NCBI GenBank assembly: GCA_041389565.1
Contig: JAWKRP010000037.1
Coordinates: 5,708-69,707 of the forward strand
Origin: Myxococcota bacterium
Lineage (GTDB): Bacteria > Myxococcota_A > UBA796 > GCA-2862545
Direction of reading: 5' to 3'
DNA: 64,000 bases
In this document: one piece after another, positions 25,579-34,154 of the stretch
Numbering within the stretch: the first letter of the stretch is position 1
Layout of the letters: each line of letters begins with the position of its first letter
The notes under the pieces: generated by a model
Told to the model about the DNA's origin: nothing
The model's database searches: none
The model's input: only the letters and a program-made list of their open reading frames with translations
Translations under genes and position numbers: made by a program

Positions 25579-26364
25579 TCACCGCAGACAGTCGAGCTGG
25601 CCGGCCTCGACGGAGCATCCCTCCGACGGCACGACGGTGCGCTCGTCGACCGAGCCCGTGAGCGTGGCGTAGCCGAACTCGAGCCCGTCCAGGAGGGCGC
25701 CCTCGAACCGGGCTTCCTCGATGTGCGCGAAGAACAGGGACGCGCGCGAGAGGTCGGCGCCGCGGAGGTCGAAGCCCGACCACACCGGGTAGGTCAGGTC
25801 GCCCTCCTCGAGGGACGCGGTGCCGAAGTCGACGCACTGGCCGAAGCCCGTCTCGCGCACGTAGGGGAGCGGAAGCGAGATCCGCCCGACCTCGCCGGCC
25901 TCTCCGCGACACAGGCCTGTGAGCGGGTCGACCTGGACGGGCGAGACGAAGTCTTCGGTCCAGCAGACCAGCGGGACCTCGACTGCATCGACGGTGAGCG
26001 TTCCGGTCCGCAGGCCCGCGGAGCCGAGGCCGGCATCGCGATCGAGGTCGAGCGAGACGCCGGTGCCCGAGCCCTCGATCCGGTCGGTGTACACGGACGG
26101 AGGGCCGTCGAGCGCAGCATCGAGGAAAGCGGGCTCCAGGAAGTCCTGCTCCGGGTTCCGCCCGTCGTACACGAGGTGGAGGGCGCCTCCCCCGGTGGTC
26201 CACTCCCAGTCGAGCGTGCCGCGCCAGACCCGCACGGGGAACTCGTCCGTCACGGGACCGCTCGCACAGGTGAACCGCAGGGCCGAGTCCGACGGGGCCG
26301 CCACGGGTTGGGGCGACTCCACGACACAGGCGACGAGGGCGAAGATCGGGATGACACGCAGCAT
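25579..26364 (-). CDS. Lipoprotein with C-terminal pentapeptide-repeat region
   Basis: ATG at 26364 follows ggagg. MLRVIPIFALVAC lipobox. The C-terminal DLRGADLSRASLFFAHIEEARFEGALLDGLEFGYATLTG is pentapeptide-repeat-like. Confidence 0.75.
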   Translation of the reverse strand: MLRVIPIFALVACVVESPQPVAAPSDSALRFTCASGPVTDEFPVRVWRGTLDWEWTTGGGALHLVYDGRNPEQDFLEPAFLDAALDGPPSVYTDRIEGSGTGVSLDLDRDAGLGSAGLRTGTLTVDAVEVPLVCWTEDFVSPVQVDPLTGLCRGEAGEVGRISLPLPYVRETGFGQCVDFGTASLEEGDLTYPVWSGFDLRGADLSRASLFFAHIEEARFEGALLDGLEFGYATLTGSVDERTVVPSEGCSVEAGQLDCLR

Positions 26365-26394
26365 GGGAACCTCCACTGCACCCAACATCGCCTC

Positions 26395-26460
26395 CACCCA
26401 TTGAATCGACCAGTCGAATTACTTGTACTCGATTATTCGTAACAACCAAATTATGTGCAG
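26395..26460. promoter_or_regulatory. AT-rich island in divergent intergenic region (probable promoters)
   Basis: cattgaatcgaccagtcgaattacttgtactcgattattcgtaacaaccaaattatgtgc stands out against the GC-rich background. It lies between divergent genes 25579..26364 (-) and 26536..26937 (+). Confidence 0.4.
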
Positions 26461-26535
26461 CCTGCGGCCGAGGGCCCGCGATCGAGCTTCGAGCCGCCGC
26501 ATCGGCGTGCTAGCGTCGCGCACCGGAGGCCCCCC

Positions 26536-26937
26536 ATGATCCTTCTCCTCACGACCGCCCTCGCCGATCTCCCGCCGCCCGACGGCTATGTCGAGAGCTG
26601 CACGGTGGAGCGGCACACGTCCGAAGGCAGCACGTGCCGGAGCTGCAGCGCGTGGCACGGCGGGCGCGAGGACTGCGAGGCGCTCGAGCGCTCGGGGTAC
26701 ACGAAGGTGTGCCAGACGCGCGGGGCCTCCACGTGGGACGAGGTGCTCTGCATCGGCGGGAAGGACGGTCCCACGCCGACCCCCGAGCTCATCGAGGATC
26801 CCGCGCCCGAGAAGCCCGAGGCGCCGAAGATCCAGCCGGCCCCCGAGAAGAAGGAGTCGCGGTGCGATTCGCTCGGCGGAGTCGGGCCGTTCGCGCTGTT
26901 CCCCCTGCTCGCCCTGGCCGCCCGCCGCCGCAGCTGA
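26536..26937 (+). CDS. Small secreted Cys-rich protein with MYXO-CTERM-like tail (paralog of 45233 and 45682 genes)
   Basis: ATG at 26536 follows ggagg. MILLLTTALADLPPPDGY..., 8 Cys, a Pro/Glu/Lys linker, and tail RCDSLGGVGPFALFPLLALAARRRS. Confidence 0.7.
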   Translation: MILLLTTALADLPPPDGYVESCTVERHTSEGSTCRSCSAWHGGREDCEALERSGYTKVCQTRGASTWDEVLCIGGKDGPTPTPELIEDPAPEKPEAPKIQPAPEKKESRCDSLGGVGPFALFPLLALAARRRS

Positions 26938-26977
26938 CGGTCGAACGCGACGTCGGCCGCTTAGGCCGTGTACCCGC

Positions 26978-26996
26978 TATTGAATTTTGTTCAATA
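26978..26996. promoter_or_regulatory. Candidate TetR operator (inverted repeat TATTGAA-N5-TTCAATA)
   Basis: tattgaattttgttcaata is a perfect 7-bp-arm palindrome in an AT-rich patch, 18 nt upstream of the tetR-family ATG at 27014. Confidence 0.45.
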
Positions 26997-27013
26997 CGGG
27001 ATACCAGGCGTCC

Positions 27014-27562
27014 ATGACCCGCCTCGACCCCACCACCCGCCACGCCGAGCTCCTGTCCGCAGGCCGCATCCTGTGGGCGTCCAAGCCCTTCGATGCCGTG
27101 CGTCCCGACGACATCACGGCCGCGACGGGCACGTCGATCGGTCTCGTGTACCACCACTTCGGCAGCAAGCGCGGCTTCTACGTGGCCACCGTTCGCGACG
27201 CCGCCGACCGGCTGATCTCGGCCACCGACGGTCGGGGCGACGACCCCGCGTCGTTCGTGCTCGACACCCTGCGGGGCTTCGTGCGCTTCGTGGCCGACGA
27301 GGGGCCGCTGATGCGGGCCGTGCTCCGCGGGGGGCTCGGGGTCGACGACGAGGTCGCGTCCATCGCGCAGCGTGTGCGCGATCTCAACGCCCGGCGCGTG
27401 CTCGACCGCCTCGCGCGCGAGGAGACTCCCGAGCTCACCACGCGGATCGCCGGGTGGATCGGGCTCTGCGAGGCGGTGGCCCTCGATCACGTCGAGCGGC
27501 GCGTGCTCACCGACGATGCCGTGGTCGGCCTGCTCGCCGACGCTCTGTGGAGGTTGCTGTGA
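27014..27562 (+). CDS. TetR/AcrR-family transcriptional regulator
   Basis: RHAELLSAGRILWASKPFDAVRPDDITAATGTSIGLVYHHFGSKRGFY is the TetR_N HTH. ATG at 27014 is preferred over TTG at 26987, which lies inside the palindrome. Confidence 0.88.
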   Translation: MTRLDPTTRHAELLSAGRILWASKPFDAVRPDDITAATGTSIGLVYHHFGSKRGFYVATVRDAADRLISATDGRGDDPASFVLDTLRGFVRFVADEGPLMRAVLRGGLGVDDEVASIAQRVRDLNARRVLDRLAREETPELTTRIAGWIGLCEAVALDHVERRVLTDDAVVGLLADALWRLL

Positions 27563-28404
27563 TCTGGAAGCAGTACGCCGGGCACCTCGCCTGGCCGACG
27601 CTGGCGCTCGTCGCCGCCCTGCTCGTGTGCGACGTGGCGCTCGTCACGGCGGGCGTGCTGCGCGTGATCCCGCTGTGGGTCGCGGGGCTCCTGCTCGTTC
27701 CGGTCGCGTACGGCTGGTTCACGCCGCTCCACGAAGCGGTGCACGGGAACGTGGGGGGCACGAAGGCCCGCGCCTGGCTCGACCAGGGAGTCGGCTGGCT
27801 CTCCGCGCTGGCGTACGCCGCGCCGTTCTCGGCGTTCCAGGCGGTGCACCTCCGGCACCACGGCACGGTCAACAAGGCGGGACGCGATCCCGACCTGTGG
27901 GTGAAGGGCGGCACCCCCCTCGCGGTGGCCGCGCGCTGCCTCACGATCGTGCCCCACTACTACTGGCGCTTCATGGGGGAGATGCGCAACGAGTCCGTCG
28001 CCATGCGGGTGGCCGTGCGTCGGGCCGTGGTCGCCATGTCTCTGCTCGCCGTGGTCGTCGGGAGCCTCGCCTGGGCGGGATTCGCGCTCGAGATCCTGGT
28101 CCTGTGGGTGCTGCCGGGCTGGCTCGCGAGCGGCATCCTGTCGTTCGCGTTCGACTGGCTGCCGCACCACCCCCACGACGACACGGGGCGCTACACGAAC
28201 GCGCGCGTCCTGCGGGGCGGGCCCGTGCTCACCGTGCTGATGGCCGGACAGGACGCCCACCTCGTCCACCACCTGTGGCCGAAGGTCCCCTTCTACCGGT
28301 ACATCACCGTGTTCCACGCCACGCGTGCCGAGCTCGAGGCGAACGGGTCCCCGATCGTGGAGCTGCTGGGATCCCGCCCCCCCGAGCGCACGCCCGCAGG
28401 CTGA
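27559..28404 (+). CDS. Membrane fatty-acid-desaturase-family di-iron enzyme, CrtW (carotenoid ketolase)-like
   Basis: Three His boxes: HEAVHGN, HLRHHGTVNKAGRDPDLW and HLVHHLWP. WLPHHPHDD..RYTNARV resembles the CrtW block WLPHRPGHD..RHNARS. The GTG start overlaps the tetR stop (GTGA). Confidence 0.78.
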   Translation: MIWKQYAGHLAWPTLALVAALLVCDVALVTAGVLRVIPLWVAGLLLVPVAYGWFTPLHEAVHGNVGGTKARAWLDQGVGWLSALAYAAPFSAFQAVHLRHHGTVNKAGRDPDLWVKGGTPLAVAARCLTIVPHYYWRFMGEMRNESVAMRVAVRRAVVAMSLLAVVVGSLAWAGFALEILVLWVLPGWLASGILSFAFDWLPHHPHDDTGRYTNARVLRGGPVLTVLMAGQDAHLVHHLWPKVPFYRYITVFHATRAELEANGSPIVELLGSRPPERTPAG

Positions 28405-28407
28405 CGG

Positions 28408-29136
28408 TCAGGCGAGGCTTCCGTTCCCGAGCGCGGGCAGCCCGACGTGCTCCGCCAGCGGCCCGCGCACGACCTCGCTCTTGCTGTCGATCACGATGAC
28501 CTTGCCGCCCGTGCCCATGTCCGCGAGCACCTGCATGCGCAGCAGCTCCTGCGCGAACGGCGCGCCCTCGAGCTCCTTCGCGACCGCCATGAGCTGCTGG
28601 GCGACGCTGATCTGGTGCCGCGCCTTCTCCAGGTTGGCCGCACTCTCGCGGCGCACGGCCTCCTCGCGCATGAGGAGCTTCTTCAGCTCCTCCGACAGCG
28701 AGGGGTCTCCGACCGCGACCTGGAAGTCGCCGAGCCCCCACCCGTGCTTCTGCGACAGCCCGAGCAGCTCGGCCTCCGCGGCTTCGCTGATCTCGTTCTT
28801 GTTCTGCGCGAGCTGGTCGATGGTGTAGCTGTTCGCGGCGCCGGACACGACGGAGATCACGCTCGCGCGCAGCGTCGCGAACGCGTTCTCGACGTTGATG
28901 AGCGCCGCTTTGACGTCGACCACGCGGGCCGTGTAGCCCACCTTGATCGCGGTGGGCGTGCCGCCGCGGGTGATCACGTCGACGTCGACCTCCTGCGTGT
29001 GCAGCGCCGTGCTGATGCGGCGCACGACCGTGATGAACGGTATGATGAGGTGGAATCCGGGGCCGAGCACGCTGCCCGGCTTCCCGCCCACGATGGTGAG
29101 GCCCGCGTGGGGCGCGTTGATCTTGGTCCAGAACAT
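28408..29136 (-). CDS. SPFH/Band-7 (stomatin/prohibitin/flotillin-like) domain protein, no obvious TM anchor
   Basis: GPGFHLIIPFITVVRRISTALHTQEVDVDVITRGGTPTAIKVGYTARVVD... followed by a coiled Ala/Glu-rich segment. ATG at 29136. Confidence 0.82.
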   Translation of the reverse strand: MFWTKINAPHAGLTIVGGKPGSVLGPGFHLIIPFITVVRRISTALHTQEVDVDVITRGGTPTAIKVGYTARVVDVKAALINVENAFATLRASVISVVSGAANSYTIDQLAQNKNEISEAAEAELLGLSQKHGWGLGDFQVAVGDPSLSEELKKLLMREEAVRRESAANLEKARHQISVAQQLMAVAKELEGAPFAQELLRMQVLADMGTGGKVIVIDSKSEVVRGPLAEHVGLPALGNGSLA

Positions 29137-29215
29137 GGTCGACTCGGGGTGGCCGGCATCCGGCGGTTCACCCGGACCGTACCAGACCGAGTTAGCTCGG
29201 CGACGGAGCGTGGAG

Positions 29216-32200
29216 ATGTGGAAGAAGTTCCTCGACGCCATCGGGTGGTCGACCCCTCCGGATCCGACCCCCGAGCCCGCCGCATCCGAAGCGTCCGAGG
29301 GGCCGGCTCCGGTCCCCTCGACGCACGAGCCCTCGCCGCCGGTCACGCCCAGCGCTCCGACGGACTCACGGACCGTCCCTCCGGGCTCTCGGGACTCACG
29401 GACTGTCCCTCCGGGCTCTCGGGACTCAGCGGCGCTGTTCGACCTCCTGAACCGGGTGCTCCGGGAGCCCGGCCTCGCGAAGACGCTGGCCCCGTCGGAC
29501 CTCCCGAAGCTCGCGGAGCTCGGCGAGCGCGCCATGAGCCCGATGAACCCGAAGCGCACGCTCGCCGTGGCGTATGTCTGGGCGCACCACGCAGCCCTTA
29601 CGGACGCTGAGCTGCCGCTCCTGCACGCCGCGGTGTGGTCGGGCGAGAAGTGGCGGGACTCGGTGCAGCTCGAGCGGGTTCGCGAGCTCCTGCAGAAGCT
29701 CGACACGGCCCTGGCGGAGCGCGTGCTGCTCGAGCTCCCCCACACCCGAGATGCGCTCCGCTACTTCCACCCGGGATGCCCCACCACCCGGGTCGCGGTC
29801 GCGGCCATGGTCGGCGCATCGTCCATGCACCTGCGCCAGGACCTCCCGCGCTTCCCGGCCGATGCCCGCGACGCGATCGCGCGAGAGAGCCTGTCGCTCC
29901 CGCCCCCACCCGAGGTCGCGCGCGTCCTGATCGAGCACGTCGACGACCCCACGTCCCCCGAGTGGCTCCCGCTGTTCGAGATCGCCGTGTCCGAGCGCCA
30001 GGCGTACGTGTCCGCGAAGTTCTGGAGCGCGTTCGAGCGCCTGCCCGAGCCCACCCGCGTCGCGCTCGCCCTGTCCGGGCACGCCGAGCCCGAAGCCGCG
30101 ATGCGCGCGCCACACCCGGAGGTGGCCGCCCGGGCGGTGTCCGAGCTCGCCTCCAGCACGGACGCCCGGTCGCCGTGGGTGAAGGTCGTGATCGCGCAGG
30201 GAACCCACGCCGTGGCGCCCCTCGAAGCCGCCCTCGCGGGAGCGCCCCCGGGTCGGGAGCTGCTCGCGCGCGCCCTGTGCGGCCTGGGCGACGCCGGGGT
30301 GTCCGGGCTGCTGCTCGTGCTCGCCGACTCCCGTGGGTCCGTCCGCCAGATCGCCCGCGAGGGCCTGCTCGCGGCGCCCGCGGAGTCCATCGAGCCCACG
30401 CTCACGGCCCTGTTGTCGTCGAAGCGCAAGGGAGACCGTCAGGCGGTGCTGGAGCTGCTCGAAGCCCGCCGCGACCCCCTGGCGGTGCGGCTCGCAGCCC
30501 GCTTCGTGGCGGACGAGCGGGATGCCGCGATCCAGGAGCGGCTCGGAGCCCTCGGTGCCGCCGCCCCGAGCCGCACCGCCAGCCTGAGACGGGCGGTCGA
30601 CGCGATCGCGGATCCACTCGTCCACCAGAGCCTGCTCTCCATGACGGAGTCCGCCCTGCGTCTCGCCTGGCAGCGCGACTCCGAAGAGACCCTCGCCCGC
30701 TTCGCGGCGCTCGCAGGCACGCGCCTGGGCCACATGGCGGAGGCTCCGTTCCGACGCCTGCTCGACCTGTACGGAGAGCCGGTGCTCCCCGCGCTGGCGA
30801 TCGCGGTGTCGCTGGCTCACGAGAACCCCTGGCGCACCCGTCGCATCCTCGACGTGGCCCCGAAGACGCCCGAGATGTCGGGCCTCCTGCTGGACGCCAG
30901 CGAGGACGTGAACCGCATCGACTCGCTCACGCTCGGTCGCATCGCGGAGACCGGACCGACCGACCTCGTGCTCCGCGCGTGCGCGCTGGGGCTCGCGCAG
31001 GCTTCGACGTTCCCCCGTGCCGCGGCGGTCGAGATCCTGGTGGGGCTCGGCGGAGCGGCCCTGCCCCTGCTCACTGTCGAGCTCGACGCCAGCACCGCCG
31101 ATCGTCGGGTGGCCGCCGCGACCGCGATGGGGCGGCTGGACGATCCGACGGTCGAGGCTTTGCTCCAGGCCCGCCTCGACGGCGAGCGCTCGAAGGTCGT
31201 GCGCGCGGCGCTGCTCCGCGCCCTCCGGCGGCACGTGGTCACCCCCGGCATCGGGACGGACGCGCTGGACTCGCGGCTCGCCGCCTTCCCCGAGCCGGAG
31301 CTCCCAGGCTGGCTCGATCGGTCGCTCCTGCCCGCGCTGGCGTGGTCCGACGGCACGCCGATGTCGGACGGGGCCCGCACCTGGCTGCTGGGCGCGTGTG
31401 CCGACGCCTCGGCGGGCGGGCCGGACGCCGACCTCGTCGCGCTCGCCGGTCGGTTCGACCCGACCACGACGGGCGCGCTGTACGACGTCCTGCGGACGCT
31501 CCACGATCCCGGGGCGGCGTCCGGGGACGTCCGCTGGATGCTCCAGGCCGCTGGGGTGCTGGGGACCCCAGCCCATCGCGACGCGCTCGCTGCCACGTGC
31601 GACGACCGCTACCGGTCCGGAGGGGCCACCCACGGCGCCACGATCGTCGAGATGCTCGCGAGCGTGGCGGATCGCGGGGCCCTGCGCTGGCTCGACCGCT
31701 GGCGACGGAAGGCCCGGAGCAGCGGCCTCGTGGACCGCTGTACCCAGGCGCTCGAAGACCTCGCCCGCGAGCGGGGCATGCCCGTGGGTGCGCTGCTGGA
31801 GGCCGCGCTGCCCGACCTCGGGTTCGCACCCGACGGCACGCGCTCGTTCCCCTTTGGCGCACGCACGCTCGACCTGACCATCACCGCCGACGGGCTCGAG
31901 ATCTCGCTCGAGGGCAAGGTGCGCAAGAGCCCCCCGGCGGCCCGGAAGGACGAGGATGCCGACGCGGTGAAGGCCGCGAGGGCCGAGCTCTCGGCGCTGA
32001 AGAAGGAGGTCGCCGACTTCCAGGCGCTCGTGCGCGACGGGCTCGAGAACACGATGGTGTCGGGGCGGCGGTGGAGCCGGGAGGACTGGCGGACCCACGT
32101 CGAGCGCCCCCTGGTGCGCCCGCTGGCACGGCACGTGGTGTTCGAGACCGGCGGAACCCCGTTCACCGTCGGGTCGAGCGGCCCGCTCGCCGCAGACGGC

Positions 32201-32629
32201 CGCCCGGTCGAGCTCGGCGACACGGTAGGGGTCGCACACCCCGTCGACGTCGCGCTCGGAGCCTTCGAGGCCCGCGTGGGGCCCCAGCCGTTCCCACAGA
32301 TCGACCGCCCCACCTACACGCTCGCCGATCTGGACGGGCTGCTCGCGAGCCGAACGGAGCTCGACAGCCGCTCGATGCGCGCCATCCTGGAGCGGCGCGG
32401 CTACCACCGCGGCCCAACGCTCGACGGGGGATGGGTCGTGACGATGGATCGGCGGGCCGGTGATCTCCGGATCTCGCTGGTCCACTCTGGGTTCCCGATC
32501 GGCGAGGTCGAACGCGTGACGGTCGAGGCGTTCGAGGTGGTTCGGGAAGACCGGTCCGTCGTCGACCCCGCGACCCTCGATGCGCGAACCGTCTCCGAGA
32601 TGGGTGCCGACCTCGCGGCCCTGCCGTGA
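29216..32629 (+). CDS. Large HEAT/ARM-like repeat protein with C-terminal DUF4132-like (MolR/YehH-type) domain
   Basis: ATG at 29216 follows ggag. 1137 aa, helical-repeat rich. The C-terminal block AELSALKKEVADFQALVRDGLENTMVSGRRWSREDWRTHVERPLVRPLARHVVFE...VGVAHPVD...GPQPFPQIDRPTY resembles DUF4132. Confidence 0.75.
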   Translation: MWKKFLDAIGWSTPPDPTPEPAASEASEGPAPVPSTHEPSPPVTPSAPTDSRTVPPGSRDSRTVPPGSRDSAALFDLLNRVLREPGLAKTLAPSDLPKLAELGERAMSPMNPKRTLAVAYVWAHHAALTDAELPLLHAAVWSGEKWRDSVQLERVRELLQKLDTALAERVLLELPHTRDALRYFHPGCPTTRVAVAAMVGASSMHLRQDLPRFPADARDAIARESLSLPPPPEVARVLIEHVDDPTSPEWLPLFEIAVSERQAYVSAKFWSAFERLPEPTRVALALSGHAEPEAAMRAPHPEVAARAVSELASSTDARSPWVKVVIAQGTHAVAPLEAALAGAPPGRELLARALCGLGDAGVSGLLLVLADSRGSVRQIAREGLLAAPAESIEPTLTALLSSKRKGDRQAVLELLEARRDPLAVRLAARFVADERDAAIQERLGALGAAAPSRTASLRRAVDAIADPLVHQSLLSMTESALRLAWQRDSEETLARFAALAGTRLGHMAEAPFRRLLDLYGEPVLPALAIAVSLAHENPWRTRRILDVAPKTPEMSGLLLDASEDVNRIDSLTLGRIAETGPTDLVLRACALGLAQASTFPRAAAVEILVGLGGAALPLLTVELDASTADRRVAAATAMGRLDDPTVEALLQARLDGERSKVVRAALLRALRRHVVTPGIGTDALDSRLAAFPEPELPGWLDRSLLPALAWSDGTPMSDGARTWLLGACADASAGGPDADLVALAGRFDPTTTGALYDVLRTLHDPGAASGDVRWMLQAAGVLGTPAHRDALAATCDDRYRSGGATHGATIVEMLASVADRGALRWLDRWRRKARSSGLVDRCTQALEDLARERGMPVGALLEAALPDLGFAPDGTRSFPFGARTLDLTITADGLEISLEGKVRKSPPAARKDEDADAVKAARAELSALKKEVADFQALVRDGLENTMVSGRRWSREDWRTHVERPLVRPLARHVVFETGGTPFTVGSSGPLAADGRPVELGDTVGVAHPVDVALGAFEARVGPQPFPQIDRPTYTLADLDGLLASRTELDSRSMRAILERRGYHRGPTLDGGWVVTMDRRAGDLRISLVHSGFPIGEVERVTVEAFEVVREDRSVVDPATLDARTVSEMGADLAALP
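29362..29430. repeat. 30-bp tandem duplication (2.3 copies) inside CDS 29216..32629
   Basis: ggactcacggaccgtccctccgggctctcg / ggactcacggactgtccctccgggctctcg / ggactcagc. One mismatch. Encodes DSRTVPPGSR twice. Confidence 0.9.
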
Positions 32630-34098
32630 GCCGCTCTGCGCTCGAGGACCGGTGGGCACGGGGCGATCCCGCCGTGCTTCCCGAGCTGGTCGCGCTCTGG
32701 CGGGTCCACCGGCACCCCGACCTCGCAGCGCTGGTCCAGGCGCTGTCGGGCCCGGCACACCCTCCCGCGGGGTCGACCCGCGCCGAGCGTGCCCACGCAC
32801 TGCGCTCGGCGTGGCGGGATCCTCCGTCGGCCGACCTCCCGGGCCTGCTCGCCGGGCTGTTCCGCGTCGACCCCGACACCGCGCGCCTCCTGATGGCCCG
32901 CCGAGACCCGTGGCTCGACGATCCGCGCGTGGTGGGCGCGCTCCTCGATGCGCTCGCCGCACCACCGCCCGGGTTCGGGAGCGCCGTCGCGCTGGGCTTC
33001 TGGGGGGAGGTCGTGCGCTGGCTGCGATCCGTGCCGGACCCCACCATCGGTGCGCGACTCGCCGCGATCGCCCCGCGCTCCTGGGCTCCAGCGACCCCGC
33101 TCCACGGGCTCGTCCACGCGGTTCCCGCGCCCGAGCACCCGGATCCGTCCGATCCACCCGAGCTGGACGCCCTGCGCGGATGGCTCGGGCGCACGCGCCG
33201 TTCGGGCGTCACCGCGGAGGTCCTGCTCGCTGCGGTGTACGCGGATCCTGCCGACCGCGCGGCGCGGGACGTGCTCGCCGACCACCTGCAGGAGGCCGGA
33301 GATCCGCGCGGCCTCGCCATCGCCCGGGAGCGTGCCGGACGCAGCGCCCGCGCGCTGGCCGACCAGCACGGCGCGTCGTGGCTGGGGGCGATCGCACCGA
33401 TGGTCGCTCGCGCCTCGTTTCTGGGGGGCTTCGCAGACCGCGTCGTGCTCCGTCCCGGTCCGCTCGACCCCACGCTCCCGGAGTGGCGGACCGTGCGGAT
33501 CGTGCACGTCAGCGGCCGCACGGACGCCGGGCCGCTGCTCGCCGTCCTCCCGCTGCTCGAAGCGGTCGAGGGAGCCGTCGCACTCGACGGGGTGCCGGCG
33601 CACGTCCGGCGGCTCGAGGCCCGCCTGGACGAGTCCGGAGTGAGGGCGCTCGTGAGATCCCCCGCCTTCACGGGCCTCACGGAGCTCGTGCTCACCCCTG
33701 CATCGTCCCGACAGGCCCCGCCGTCCGCGATCGGCGCGCTGGCCGATCTCCGGACGCTCACCGTCCGCTCGCCGGATCCGGCCTGGCTGCGGGCCGGGCA
33801 GGACTGGGGGGGCGCATTCCCGCTCACGCTGGACGACGGGGGGACGTGGCGCCGGACCCTCGAGCCCGACGCGCATGCCGCGCGCACCCGGCTCGTGCTC
33901 GTGGCCGCGGGTCCGTCCGACGGCGCCGTGCTCGGCACGATGCGGGACGCGGTCGCGGGTCTGGAGGCGGGGCGCCTGCGCGAGGTCGTGGTGCGGCTCC
34001 CCACACGGGCCCGCGTGCTCCCGGTCCAGCACGACATCGCGCGCGGCCAGCTCGCGCGGCTGTGTCCACAGGCGACGGTGGTGTTCGAGACGGGCTGA
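32626..34098 (+). CDS. TIGR02996-domain (repeat-companion) protein with leucine-rich-repeat-like C-terminus
   Basis: LLAAVYADPADRAARDVLADHLQEAGDPRGLAIARE matches the TIGR02996 signature (P.D...R.V.AD.L.E.GDPRG). The GTG start overlaps the upstream stop (GTGA). Confidence 0.75.
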   Translation: MSRSALEDRWARGDPAVLPELVALWRVHRHPDLAALVQALSGPAHPPAGSTRAERAHALRSAWRDPPSADLPGLLAGLFRVDPDTARLLMARRDPWLDDPRVVGALLDALAAPPPGFGSAVALGFWGEVVRWLRSVPDPTIGARLAAIAPRSWAPATPLHGLVHAVPAPEHPDPSDPPELDALRGWLGRTRRSGVTAEVLLAAVYADPADRAARDVLADHLQEAGDPRGLAIARERAGRSARALADQHGASWLGAIAPMVARASFLGGFADRVVLRPGPLDPTLPEWRTVRIVHVSGRTDAGPLLAVLPLLEAVEGAVALDGVPAHVRRLEARLDESGVRALVRSPAFTGLTELVLTPASSRQAPPSAIGALADLRTLTVRSPDPAWLRAGQDWGGAFPLTLDDGGTWRRTLEPDAHAARTRLVLVAAGPSDGAVLGTMRDAVAGLEAGRLREVVVRLPTRARVLPVQHDIARGQLARLCPQATVVFETG

Positions 34099-34154
34099 CG
34101 CTGGGGCTCGCGCGGCGAACGGCCACGGGCTACCCGGGAGGCCGGGAGTCCACC

